Shown: positions 40,781 to 52,626 of the stretch, piece by piece
Numbering within the stretch: position 1 is the first letter of the stretch
Layout of the letters: every line of letters starts with the position of its first letter
Assembly (NCBI RefSeq): GCF_964204645.1
Contig: NC_134028.1
Span: 7,688,001 to 7,752,000, forward strand
Origin: Tubulanus polymorphus
Taxonomy: Eukaryota > Animalia > Nemertea
Direction of reading: 5' to 3'
DNA length: 64,000 bases
Notes under the pieces: generated by a model
What the model saw: only the letters and a program-made list of their open reading frames with translations
Database searches by the model: none
Told to the model about the DNA's origin: nothing
Translations under genes and position numbers: made by a program

Positions 40781-41430
40781 GTACATGCTATTTTTCTGCT
40801 TGATGCTATTCGCATGCACTTTTATCATTTGACTAATATGTTTATCGGAGCCTGTATTTTTTATCAAAAATACCACTCGTATCGGATCCTTAGCCTAGTA
40901 ATGAATACATTATTGAAATCGGAGTTCGAAGCTTTGAAAATTCTAGTATATTGTAACGGTTCGAGTCTATATGATAGTTTACTAACGAGGAAATATTTGT
41001 TAACTTATGTGTGAGTATTTTTGATAAAAGAAAACTGCTTCGGTCAGTGGTAAGTTTTCTGAACTTGTGTTCGGAGAAATCCACTCTGAATTCTGCATGG
41101 CTTATTTTTGTCACTTTTCTCACAGAGCACACAACAGGCAGAACGCACACTTAACTAACAATCTAGTTGTAACTCTGAATAGTGGTGTAGGGGTTTTTTA
41201 TGTATTTGATAAACAGTTGCTATTTCAAGGTGACTGTTGATGAAAACGTTATCATTGAATGTATCAATAATGAAAATGAAATAATTGTTATTTGCATGAA
41301 TTTCATTGTTTCACATTAATGTTCACTTAACATGCTAGGTAACTCCGGATATAACATCAAACATAGCAGCACTTGCTGGTTTGATCGATGAAAAACAAAT
41401 TGGAAAATTGTAATGCTATCATAAAACACA

Positions 41431-41514
41431 TGGCCCATTTCTACAGTCAATTCCCAGATAAGATTAGTTCATTTTAAGAGTCTGATTTTAACTCAGAACT
41501 GTAGAACTAGGTCA
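41431..41514. mobile_element. Degenerate inverted copy of the CCAGTTCCAC MITE family
   Basis: tggcccatttctacagt / actgtagaactaggtca; internal ttagttcatttt and ttaactcagaactgt. Confidence 0.6.
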
Positions 41515-41623
41515 TGCTTGTCATTTATTATGAAGGACTAGTTTCATAGAGCAGTTTCAAAGATAAAGCTGGTCTCTTAAACTTTCCCTAATTAAACAAC
41601 CTGTTCTTAGGTGTTTTTCTAAT

Positions 41624-41657
41624 GTCTCACCAGGGAGGTGCATCTCCCTGGTCTCAA
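41624..41657. mobile_element. 20-bp palindrome flanked by a near-perfect 7-bp direct repeat
   Basis: gtctcac-CAGGGAGGTGCATCTCCCTG-gtctcaa. Confidence 0.65.
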
Positions 41658-41864
41658 GAGCTTGCTTATATATAGCTCTGTATCTAGTTGGTAGACATAA
41701 CTATATTTCTCATTATTCGCATTGATTAGTTATTGATTGATTTATCATATATGAGTAAATTCTTGGCTGACTGTGTAAGACACGTTTTGCGTAGTAGTTC
41801 ACATAACTCTCCGTACACTGTTTAGTAAAACATTCATATAATTTGCTCTGATTTTGTCACAAAG

Positions 41865-41888
41865 ATGAACGCTATGAAGACAGTGAAG
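41865..41888 (+). CDS. Ank2: Candidate 24-nt microexon (DERYEDSE)
   Basis: cacaaag / gtattt, phase 1-1, purine-rich open frame, TGC upstream. Confidence 0.6.
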
Positions 41889-43066
41889 GTATTTAGTCTG
41901 GTATGGTGAAATACCTCCCGATACTGTTTGCTAACTGTTATATCCGAATGACAAACCAGTTTTAAGAGAGATATTCTTTAGAAACAAACTTTAAAAACTT
42001 TGTATCTGATAGTAACTTTTAGCAGACAACTCCAACCCTGTCGGTTTTGGTGACTTGCATGGCAAGACCTTTGTTTGAAGAGATTACCTACTACTGTTAT
42101 TCATGCTGAATCAGTGAGATATCAGCATCAGTATTCAAGAAGTCGTCTACTGCCTACAATTTTTAATGAGATGCATGGTAATCAAGATGTTTGAAAGAGC
42201 CTGCTTTACGATTGAAATTTAAGTCAACTGTCTTGAAACTACCTCTCTCTCTGTCAAAAAGAAAATAATGTCCTATGCCAGATAAGTTGCATGGAACTCG
42301 ATCTGTTAATAATTAATTCAAGAATCTAATTGAACTGATAAAGAAAATGAGTACCACTCCACTCTACTACCCTTGCTTCTGCACACAAGTTTTAGTGGTT
42401 GAAGATTTGATGTTGCATAGAGGTGTTTGGGGCTTCCCAAAGTATTCACAGTGTGCTTTGTGCTGATTGGTCGAGAATAAATTCCAGTTCCTGCATAAAT
42501 TCACATAATTAGATCATTGCTTGTAACATTCACAATGATTTTTCTCAAAATTCTAAATTCTATAGAGTCATCAGCAATTTACAATTTCTTCATGATCTTT
42601 TGGATTTTCACTGGAATCCAAATTTGTAATTCATATAGTTCGGTTTTTAAAAAGAATTTCTTTAAAATTTTAAATATATAATTTTTTTTCAAATTGTTGT
42701 CTATCATTTTAGTCATTCTAGATTTATAAGTTGTAGCTTTTCCTAGAGACCATTTTACAAGTTGCCTATCCTTTTACCTTCTGATGTTATGTTTCTTGCA
42801 TTTTTCTCGAATTTATCATAACTAGTTATAAAACATTCGTAAGATTTAAGTTTGCTAGAGTTTTAAGATAAAGTTTGAAACGTATTCAAGTTCCTAAGTA
42901 AATGTCTATTTTAAATACCTATTACCAGTTGTTAAAGTTGACTTTAGAGAATTGATTTGGCTGCAGATCTCTATATTGACTTGTTTGGATAAATGATGGC
43001 CCAAACTGTAAAGAGTTGATTTAGTCACGTATTAATGAATGAGACTTCATATTTTCCTTGGTAAAG

Positions 43067-43163
43067 GTGAAGCAGCGCCAGCACAGTGGGAGGATGTTAC
43101 TGGAACTACACAGCTTAACTTCGTCAATGACTGTGTCTCATTCACCACAGCTGTATCAGCAAG
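43067..43163 (+). CDS. Ank2: ZU5-C exon ([13 protein letters not shown]...SFTTAVSAR)
   Basis: AAG acceptor / gtaaag, 97 nt, phase 1-2. Confidence 0.93.
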
Positions 43164-43590
43164 GTAAAGTGGAATGAATATTCTGGAATTTTATGATTCA
43201 TAAAAACACATAATGTGTGGCCTTATCATGTCAGTCCATTGTTGGCGCAATGTATTAAGTACAAGTAGAAGTTTACCCCATGACATGCGCCACTAGTTCT
43301 TGCCAGTTACAAAGTCTCAGTCACATCCATATCTGTCGCATTGTAGCTCGACATAGCTTCGGTTTATCTGTACCTACCGGTACCTCCCGGGTATATGTCC
43401 CAGGGTGATTTTCACCTGACCAAATAATGTTAGATTTCCTTAAATATTTTGTCAAATATCCTCTCAAATATTAGCGTACGACAAGTGAACTTCTGTACTG
43501 ATAACCTAAAAGCTTAGAATATAGTTTAGCTCTCCGAATATGGTATATGCTTCTGTACAGAGTGAGCTTAAGAATGCTATGAATTAACAG

Positions 43591-43819
43591 GTTTTGGTTG
43601 ATGGATTGTCAAAATACGAACGATGCAGCAAAGATGGCTTCAGAACTTTACCGCGAGGTCATCTCCGTGCCATACATGGCAAAGTTCGTCGTTTTCTCAA
43701 AACGTCATGATACGATGGAAGCAAGATTACGCTGTTTCTGTATGACAGACGATAAAATGGAAAAAACATTAGAAGGACAAGAACATTTCGTAGAAGTTGC
43801 TCGTAGCAGAGATGTAGAG
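43591..43819 (+). CDS. Ank2: ZU5-C/UPA exon (FWLMDC...[10 protein letters not shown]...ARSRDVE)
   Basis: taacag / gtttgt, 229 nt. Confidence 0.96.
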
Positions 43820-44091
43820 GTTTGTATTAGAAAAATTTCATCTTGCTACCTTGGGAAGGGGGGCAATTATTCAGTCTAAACGTTTGATGAAATCAGCTTT
43901 AATTTCAATTTATACATCCAACTTCCGTAATTTGTCCATTTCCAATGAGTGAAGTTTTGACTGAGAAATATGGACAGCCTAGAAAAACTATGCCCAGTTT
44001 TGGCTAAAGAATTTCATGAAGAGCCACATATTTATGATCGTTTACTAGGAACGTTGGATAAGAGATAGTAATGTTTTTTATCCGATTTCAG

Positions 44092-44343
44092 GTTTTAGAA
44101 GGAAAACGCCAATATGTAGAAATGGCTGGAAACTTAGTTCCAGTAACGAAGTCAGATGACCAGTTAAATCTTGTGTTCCATGCATTTAGAGAAAACCGTC
44201 TGCCGTACACTGTACGGATACGCGATTCTGACCAGGATCCTACTGGTAGAATAGCATTCATGCGGGAGCCTAAAGTTAGCCGTGGTGAGGCTCCACAAAA
44301 TCCAATATGTAACCTGAATATCACACTACAAGATTATGTAAAG
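44092..44343 (+). CDS. Ank2: UPA exon (VLEGK...FRENRL...PICNLNITLQDYVK)
   Basis: tttcag / gtatgg, 252 nt. Confidence 0.95.
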
Positions 44344-44783
44344 GTATGGAATATAAAAGATTATTAACATAATGTACACGGGCAGATCTAGGAATTGTTT
44401 AAGGGCGTGGATCTGATAATTGTAATGGGCTCTTTATTTAAAAAAGACCGATTTGACTATGCAAGGCGCGAAGGTCTGAGGGCCCTCTCCCTAAATTTTT
44501 GAAAATTTAGGGTAAAAGGCAGCTTTTCGATTTGGAAGCATTTCACCAAGTGCGCATGGTGTCGCTCGACCCCTAGTTTAAATTTCCATTGTAAAAGAAT
44601 TTTTTCCTGGTGTCTTGGAGGGCACATTGGAATTCTGCAGGGGTGGATTGGTCCAAACTCTTAAAATAGAATTGATACCAATCATTAATTTCGTGAGAAA
44701 AGAAGAAAAAGGAAAGACTTGAGTAACTAGTTCAGTTATTGACAATTAGTTTTTCAAAACAATGTTTCTCATCAAATTTGCAG

Positions 44784-44856
44784 TTAGAAGAAGATTTAGA
44801 TTCAGAGGCAGCAGCTGAACTACGTAGAAAATATAAATTCTGGAAAGAAGGCATAG
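44784..44856 (+). CDS. Ank2: UPA to death-domain connector exon (LEEDLDSEAAAELRRKYKFWKEGI)
   Basis: ttgcag / gtaggt, phase 0-1. Confidence 0.88.
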
Positions 44857-44935
44857 GTAGGTTAAAAATACATGTAGTCGATTTTCATTTGAAAATTAGG
44901 TCAATCGCTAAATGGAGTCGCCACGTTTATTTCAG

Positions 44936-45139
44936 TGGTGCAAGATACGATTACTAAATGCGACCTACGACTCAGCGATATCGCTGAAGCGGTTCAGGGC
45001 GACTGGGTCGCGCTTGCGCAACATTTAGGTCTTAACGATGACGAAATAATCAACATCAAAAAAGAATATCACACGCTGAGCGATCAGGCATTAGCGATGC
45101 TGCTGTTATGGCGAGAGAAATTCGGTGATGAAGCAACGG
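44936..45139 (+). CDS. Ank2: Death domain exon 1 (DLRLSDIAEAVQGDWVALAQHLG...MLLLW...EAT)
   Basis: tttcag / gtaagg, 204 nt; W..LA..LG and ML..W death-domain pattern. Confidence 0.94.
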
Positions 45140-45487
45140 GTAAGGCGCTGAAAATAAACTATACTATTCAAACTGTATAAACCTGTACTTTAGATCAGTC
45201 TAGAATATTTCAAAATTTTCATGGTATTGCTAGAGTTAAAAGTGAGAAATTTAGAAAGACCACGATTTTTATAACCTTTTATGTGTGTTGATTAGTGCAT
45301 AAGTTGATTGTGACTATCTCTCAGAAGATGGAAGTCTTTGTTTGGTTTATGAAATAATGCTTATTACGTATATGTTGCTAGGTAGCATTGTACTGTTTCT
45401 CCATCACAATACTATAAATCTCACACATTTGATAAGATTAGATTCAAATAGATCATCTAACGTTCTGATTGGTCGTCTTGTTTGTAG

Positions 45488-45616
45488 GTAACAAATTAGA
45501 AGAAGCCTTAAAAGCTATAAATAGACATGATGTTGTTAAAAAATGTATGTATAATTTATCACACGTTACTGACGAAACGGAACGAGCCTTCGCCCAGATG
45601 CAAATGGAACATTCAG
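45488..45616 (+). CDS. Ank2: Death domain exon 2 (GNKLEEALKAINRHDVVKKCMYN...MEHS)
   Basis: ttgtag / gtaaat, 129 nt; L..AL..I.R.D.V motif. Confidence 0.93.
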
Positions 45617-45736
45617 GTAAATGAAATTCACCATTTTCTTCTGAAAGTAATTGAAAATGTCGTCTTAATGTGCTTAATCAAAATTTTCAATCTCAGTTTA
45701 TTCAAAAATATTTAAAAAAAATCCAATCGTTTGTAG

Positions 45737-45837
45737 GTTTTGATGATTTAAAAGAAGAATTAGGACCATCCAGGGATTCAACAATGGGCCGTGGTCTTTC
45801 ACTCGATGTCCAATATGATGAAAATGACATGATGAAG
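45737..45837 (+). CDS. Ank2: Tail exon (GFDDLKEELGPSRD...DVQYDENDMMK)
   Basis: ttgtag / gtatgt, phase 1-0. Confidence 0.9.
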
Positions 45838-46989
45838 GTATGTTTATACAAGTCCTTGAGTAACATCCAGATACTTTGCGAATTCTATCCTGTGGATTGG
45901 ATAGTTACGTAAGCAGATTTAGGCATATCATTATGAATCCCTAAATGAAAAGAGCTACACTAGTTACACAGTTGTGAATTAGTTCAACTCGTAAGATTTG
46001 AAATTGAGAGTAGTTCATTTTAGTTATTTTAAAATTCAACTCCTCACAGCTGTAGAACTGGAACCTGCGCATGTACAACAAAATGGCTCAGATCATTCGG
46101 ACTCTGCCAGAATACTTGCAACAATTTTCACAAAGTTCGCTGATATTATGATTCATGGGTTGTCATTAACCACTTATCGCAATCATAATTTTGCTTTGTG
46201 AAATTTTCTTAAAAATTGATAGATTGGAGACACATATTTATGTTGCAGAATCAAACAACGATTTTAGATTTTTGGCCATTTCAAGTGGTCAAGTCATTTT
46301 TCGAATACTTTCAACATGAGAAGGTATATCTAATTAAAAACTCATCTGCATTAATAATGCTTGTCGGTATGGAGGAGTTTCTGAAATGTTACGGAGGTTT
46401 TGACACGTTCGTGAAGTCCATGATATAGGATGATATTTTTTCAATGTGGATTATACGGAGTCACTGATTAGTAAAATACGGTTGATTGCATGCCGCACTT
46501 TGGAATACAGACTATTAAGGTATATTTTCAAAAAGTGTATTTGCACTGTATACGGATGTATGATTATTTTTGGCAAGTAGAAATTTTGCTTACTGGTTTA
46601 GGTGTGCTAACTAGAGTTCCATGGGGTATTTTTGATGATCGAAATTTCCCGGAAAATTAATAATGCTCCTCATTTTATTAGATTTACAGTGCTTGGTTTT
46701 GGGTGGCAAAAGCATTTTGGTTGAAATTACAAACCTTGCTTCATAACAGTTTCACTTTTCATTTAGGGATATTTTAGTCATTGAATGGTGTGTCAACCAT
46801 TTGTGAAACTCGACCATCCTTGATAAGACCCGCAAACAGTATATTATACTGGTGGTATATTATTTTGACGATCTTATAAAGGGTAGATTTAGAATGGCTA
46901 AAGATGAGAAGTTCACGAAAATTCAAGAATTTAAAAAAAAAATAGTGTTTACTCTGATTTGGAAAGCAAAGTTAAGGAAATAACTGAGA

Positions 46990-47381
46990 TTTTTAGCCTA
47001 CTTTGGATTTAAGGCCCTGTGGGCTGTTGCGGTTTGTTTTTCATCTGTTGTCTATGCGTCTGTCTGTTCATCTATAGGATGGAATCCAGTTTTCTAGGGA
47101 AATTTTGAAGATGCTTTGATTAATTATTTCATACGTATATGTATCCCCATAGGGCCCATCATCATGAGAAAATCAGGGTCTATCAGACACAAGATATGTT
47201 CTGTGACCTTTTTGTGCCCAAAAATATAACTTTTGGCCTGAATTCCGAGGTGGCCACCTTTGTCTCTATCAGTCCTCATTCGTAGATGGAAAAAGATTTT
47301 TTGATGAAACTATCAACAGATTTTAACTTTATATAGGTTTTAACATTTCACTAAGTGGGCATGGTGTCCCTGGACCCCTAC
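46990..47381. mobile_element. Helentron/DINE-1-like non-autonomous element (HINE)
   Basis: 5' ttttagcctactttgg..gggct, gtct microsatellite, 3' catttcactaagtgggcatggtgtccctggacccct; ends shared with 51028-51904. Confidence 0.65.
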
Positions 47382-47931
47382 TTTCGTATAGGTATTTGGT
47401 CATTGTTCACAGATAGACCCCACGCAGTAAAAATATAGGCCTATTTAAGTTGCTATTAACATAGATTTCATGCTGGAAAAATATGCACCAGAGCCATCAG
47501 ACATTTTTCCGTATGATATTTGGCATGAGCTATTCGGTAATGGTTAATGATACTTCAATTGTACCTAATTGAAGTATCATTAAAAATTAGATGACCTTCT
47601 TGATGTGACCTACATATTTGCGCTATGTAGTCGTATATACAGATACAATAGGTTGTTATTTGGAAGTACCTCAGACCAGTGACTTCAGGATATGTAATAT
47701 CCTCATAGTTATATTGTTAAGACTTACAGAAGAAAAGAGTAATGTTGTTAGTAGGCGCATATTTCAGAATTCATGGAGTTTCCATTTTTAGCGACGGTAG
47801 CTGCAAGATTCAAGTCATTTGATTTCCATGATGATGGCACATTTTGGATTTGTTTATTGATAACTTTTATCGTGATCATGGTCAGCATACTGTACCGTTA
47901 TAGCTCATGTTGCTTCCCGAAACTGTTTCAG

Positions 47932-47986
47932 GAGTCGGAATCGGCTGGCGAGGAATCGGGAAGTGAAAAAGAATCGCCGAAAAAAG
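47932..47986 (+). CDS. Ank2: Tail exon (ESESAGEESGSEKESPKK)
   Basis: tttcag / gtaagc, phase 0-1. Confidence 0.88.
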
Positions 47987-48887
47987 GTAAGCTTTGGTCT
48001 TGGTATATACTCAGATACTTTTCAGACCATTTGGAGAAGAAATGTAGGTATTCAAAAACTAATGAATTATTGCACCGTATTTCAGGTAAAGGTCATAGAA
48101 ATCATGTGCAAAAAATCTTGACTGTTTCTTTTCCTTTTGTTGTTGCGGAAAATTTTATTTTTTTTTAAAATTTTCTGGGAATTGATAGTCATGTGTTTGA
48201 CCCAGTGCCTTCATTGTGCGGTCAGTTTGCCATCAACGCTGAAAAGAATGGATTGTTTTTTTTTCATGAATAAACTTTCGAAGTCTGTACTTTTGAATCT
48301 AGATCATGGGGTATGGTTGAACAGACACTATTATCAAATTAGGACTAATCAGGGTGAAATGTGTCTGGTAACCATCACTGAAACAAATTAATACTGTGTG
48401 ATATAGGCAAAGTTAATCTTTTTAGTTAGTTTTTAACGATTCTTGGACTCTAACAAGGCTTTTTCGCTTCCATGAAATAAACCATGCCAAAAATCATGCA
48501 CATTCTACGAAATAATTTGCATTTCGATTATTAGTCTTGTTTCGTACTTTACTTATACCTTTCTATATTCTAAATATTCAAATTATCTCTTCACCGGTCA
48601 TGATAGAAAACACGATGATAAAATGAATGTCTAACAATTCATTCTCCGTATTGTAGTAATGATATAGTGATTCTGCTTTTAAGCTTGATTTACACTGGTA
48701 CATATATAAATATATATATATATACAGATATTTACTTCATAGATTGCATGCTTTCTGTTTTCTCGATGAACTTGGTTTTGATGCTCCCCGCGCCGTGGTC
48801 ACAAAATTGCACCAGCTGCCTCGATCCTATTAACCTTTTACATATATATGTATGTCTATATTGTATGCTTATGTATCGCTGTTTTAG

Positions 48888-49067
48888 ACGATTTGCATAT
48901 CGTACCCGAGCTAGACGAACGACGCGGAGTCGTACATCCTAAATCGTCCGATGAATTATCTAATGAGCAAAAACGAAAGAAGGACGCTCTGTTAGCGTTC
49001 GCCGAGCAGATGGATTTATTAGCCGATTCACAGGCTATATCCACTGACAGTATCCCTAATGATGAAG
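48888..49067 (+). CDS. Ank2: Tail cassette exon (DDLHIVPELDE...SIPNDE)
   Basis: ttttag / gtattc, 180 nt, phase 1-1. Confidence 0.8.
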
Positions 49068-49226
49068 GTATTCATTGAATATATACACAGAAATCATCGG
49101 CATGTACATGTGCACTGAACCCACACGTACTACAGTGTTTTTAGACTGCATGATTATTGTTGTGTATCACCACTCCAGATTTATTTTTCGTTCATAGCGT
49201 AATCAGACCTGTCACCAAAAGTCAGA

Positions 49227-49564
49227 ACCATAGAACTGTAAGCGAATGGGAAGGCCGACTCTTCAAATATCCGCTAAGCACAGCTAGTAATCTTGTGTTT
49301 TGTTCAGCACCCTCACCGGTGGCGTTAAGCAATAGTGGTTGTAGACTGGTTTCCAGTCTCTATTTTTAATTTAGCGTTTCTCATTGATTTGTTTCAAATC
49401 TTGAAAAGCGGTAATGTTCAATGCTCGCAGAGAAAATATAATCGAAAATATTTCCAAGAACCTATTGTTTATCGCTGCTGGTGAGGGCACTGATCCAGAT
49501 ATCAAAGGCAAATGTATAGTGACGTCACAGAGTTGGCCTTCCCGTTCGCTTATAGTTCTATGGT
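49227..49564. mobile_element. Palindromic MITE with CATAG...CTATG ends
   Basis: 36-bp TIR accatagaactgtaagcgaatgggaaggccgactct / agagttggccttcccgttcgcttatagttctatggt, plus an inner inverted repeat. Confidence 0.85.
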
Positions 49565-51027
49565 AAAACTGAACAAGCTGAACTATGAAGGTGGTATATT
49601 GTCATTCTATCTGACGGCGATCTGTTCAGTTATGCAATATAAAGTTTAGCCATTCTTCATCTGATTTCACAGCGACCATTAGCTGTCAAGCAGAAGTGGC
49701 TGATTTATGACAGCCAATAAGGACGGCATATATGAAAAACTTACAATTATGTTGGTGTATGATTTCAATCGATTGACTCCTCTGTGTTCATATATGATTG
49801 AAGAGTCTGTACTGTTTTGATAATCTCTTTGGATCAGTACTCAATTTAGCCAATAGATATAGGCTATCGGTCCTTATCAAAGATTGTAACTAATTTTGAT
49901 CTCAATTATAGTAAAGGTCTGAATTGCACTATGTTTTTTTTTAGAATTACGGTTTTAGATATTACAACTCACACAAATCCAATACGTTTATTCCTCCTTC
50001 ATTTCCATAAACAGCACAAACAGTTTGTTCTGTGTTGTCAATGGTGCAATTTCTTTACGTTTACTTAAGTTAGCACTCCAAAGCAATACAAATCATACCT
50101 CCCTTATCTGATTATTTGTGATTCATTTTGAAGAAATGGAATGAAATGAAAACATAGCTTTGTTATCAGTATCAACAAAAATTGATGAATTTTTGGTATC
50201 ATTCATTTTTCAATGTACAAGAGAACTTTGTTGTTATAGAATTGTGGTCAGACTAAATGTTCTAAAATATGTTTCGGGTCATTTTTTCAATAGGATAATA
50301 GTAAAAGTACTCATTTACATCATGTTAGCCTACATAATTGGATAACTCAAGATAATTCAACTATTGATAAAGATGCATCTTATATATCTTACATAATTTG
50401 CATATTATCGAATACAGGAATAGTTTGCACTTAATAATAATGCACATCATCACAAACAATATCTCACTACGTACTTGTACTAACAATTCCATTATCACAT
50501 ATTGCGTGGAAGGTTTCCTGCATTTGCACTGTACAATCCCAAAGTGTATGCATGTGCACTGTATGAAGTGAATGTCCAGTAGTCTGATTAGTGAGTTTGT
50601 TGTATGATTTTGTGTATGTTTGCCCTTTACCTGTGGCTTCATCTGCATGTGTATGAAGACATAAACTTCTTCCTGTGCTACATATTGAAATTTAGAGTCT
50701 CTTTTCGTTAGTGAATAGTTGAAATCACTGACTCGAATCCATGTATATACCCTGGAAAACTGATTCAGGAGTCTTGCTGCCGTTGCACTGATAATGCATG
50801 AATAAGAGAAAGCCCATCACTTAGCCTATTTACTAAGGTATGAATTAAGTTGATACAGGGTTGTACTTTTTAAAAAAGGATTAAGAAATTCCCTGTCTCA
50901 ATACCATTTTGTAATCAGTTTTTCAGTCGAGAGAAGATATCATAAAAGAAGCCACAGGTTTATGGTTATATAATTCCCCACGTGCAATCTTTTTGTGTCA
51001 TTGATCAATGAATGTTGAATTTATTTC

Positions 51028-51904
51028 TTTTCAGCCCACTTTGGACTTAAGTCCCGGGGGGCTATTGCGTTCACTTTCCGTCCGTTAACCTGTCCATCTG
51101 TGGACTGAATCCACAAATATTGTGTCGATCAGACCCAAGATGGGCATCTTGTGACCTTTAATATGCCACAAAAGGTCATTTTTGCCAAGAATTCCAAGGT
51201 CTGTAGCTTCCTGATGGAGACATTTACACTGACACGGATCTGTTTTTACAAAAGCAACTGTAACTGACACAGCCGTTTAACATCCTGTCGTTTATAGGCT
51301 CGCCTCATCGTACCGCAAAGAAGTTTAACCCTTCATGATTTTTGGGTGCAGTGAAACTGAAAACATCCAAAAACTGATAATTGGTCCTAAGGATGAAATA
51401 GATATAGCCTAGTAGGGTAATCGTTCCATGGCGCTTACAATGATACCACTCGTTCATTCACCTATCACAAATAATGTCATTACAATGACACAAATCTGCT
51501 AGCTGTTTTATTAAGTGCTCAGAATAGAGAAAATGTGCCATAATAATAATCAAGGGAATAACAAAAAATGTGTTCGCCAAATGGTCATCAAATGATAATT
51601 GTGTACAATTTTTGCTGTTTATAATGGTACCTATGCATATTTTGTTTTGGTCATTGTTTCAGTTATCTTGAGTTTCGGGGTCATTTGTTTCTCTATAAGT
51701 TCACCAGGAGGGGAGGGTTGAAAAGCAGAATGAAATTATATTTCCATATCATTGGTTCTACGCATTTTTGTAACCAAAATTGCAAAATTGTAGCTCATGA
51801 CAAGTTGTAATGTATGATTGTGGTGAGTTTCCGGGTCATCAATTGATAACATTTTCATATGGTCAAGCATTTCACCAAGTGGGCATGGTGTCCCAGGACC
51901 CCTG
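51028..51904. mobile_element. Helentron/DINE-1-like non-autonomous element (HINE)
   Basis: 5' agcccactttggacttaagtcc..gggct and tccgtccg; 3' aagtgggc subterminal inverted repeat plus short stem-loop. Confidence 0.65.
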
Positions 51905-52482
51905 AAAGTTGAACTTCATATCTTTCACTTTCTGAAACGATACCAAATTCTGATGCCTGCATAATTTGATAAAGTTATATTTGTCTGAAAATCTTGACAA
52001 AGCTTTGGCCTACATAATACACTAATTATGGTCTGTATTAATTTTCCAGCGATTAGCTCTATCCTTTCTGATGATAGATGCATATAATATAACAGTAATT
52101 TTACCAAATAATTGGAATTGAATTGAACCACCGAGCTCATCACTTAATGGTAGAACCATTACATGAACAGACAGATAGATTAGCAGACATCAATTCTCTG
52201 GACCACATTTTTGCAGTTCATGGAAACCTTTGAAAGTGAAAGATTTGATGTTAAACATTTTTGTTTTTTTTTCCTCAATTTTTAGTGCTTTGTTGTAAGA
52301 AGTTATAAGCATTTAAACTTGCAATATAATAAAATAGTCGCTTTGTTAACGAAAATATTATAATCAAGTTGTTATGATATGGAACACAAACAATTACCAA
52401 TTAAAGAAGCCAATTTCAAAGTAACTACGCCACTATCTGTTTAACTGCTAACAAAATCATACTGTTTCCTCCCTGACAACAG

Positions 52483-52626
52483 CACCGACCATCCATGAAG
52501 ACACAATTGATAAAACTGAACGTGAACCACCAGTCGAAGATTTTATAACTAAAGTCGATACGTTGAAAGATGAAGGCGTAGATGAACGCATGTCTGTTTC
52601 TAGCGAGGAAGGTGAAGATAAAAAAG
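52483..52626 (+). CDS. Ank2: Tail cassette exon (APTIHEDTIDK...EEGEDKK)
   Basis: caacag / gtatat, 144 nt, phase 1-1, acidic open frame. Confidence 0.78.

Noticed and set aside
47773-47931. Hydrophobic TM-like N-terminal extension in frame with exon 47932 (sAnk1-like alternative start)
   Set aside because: A good acceptor precedes 47932 and hydrophobic reads are common in T-rich introns; no promoter evidence. 5' RACE or CAGE would settle it.
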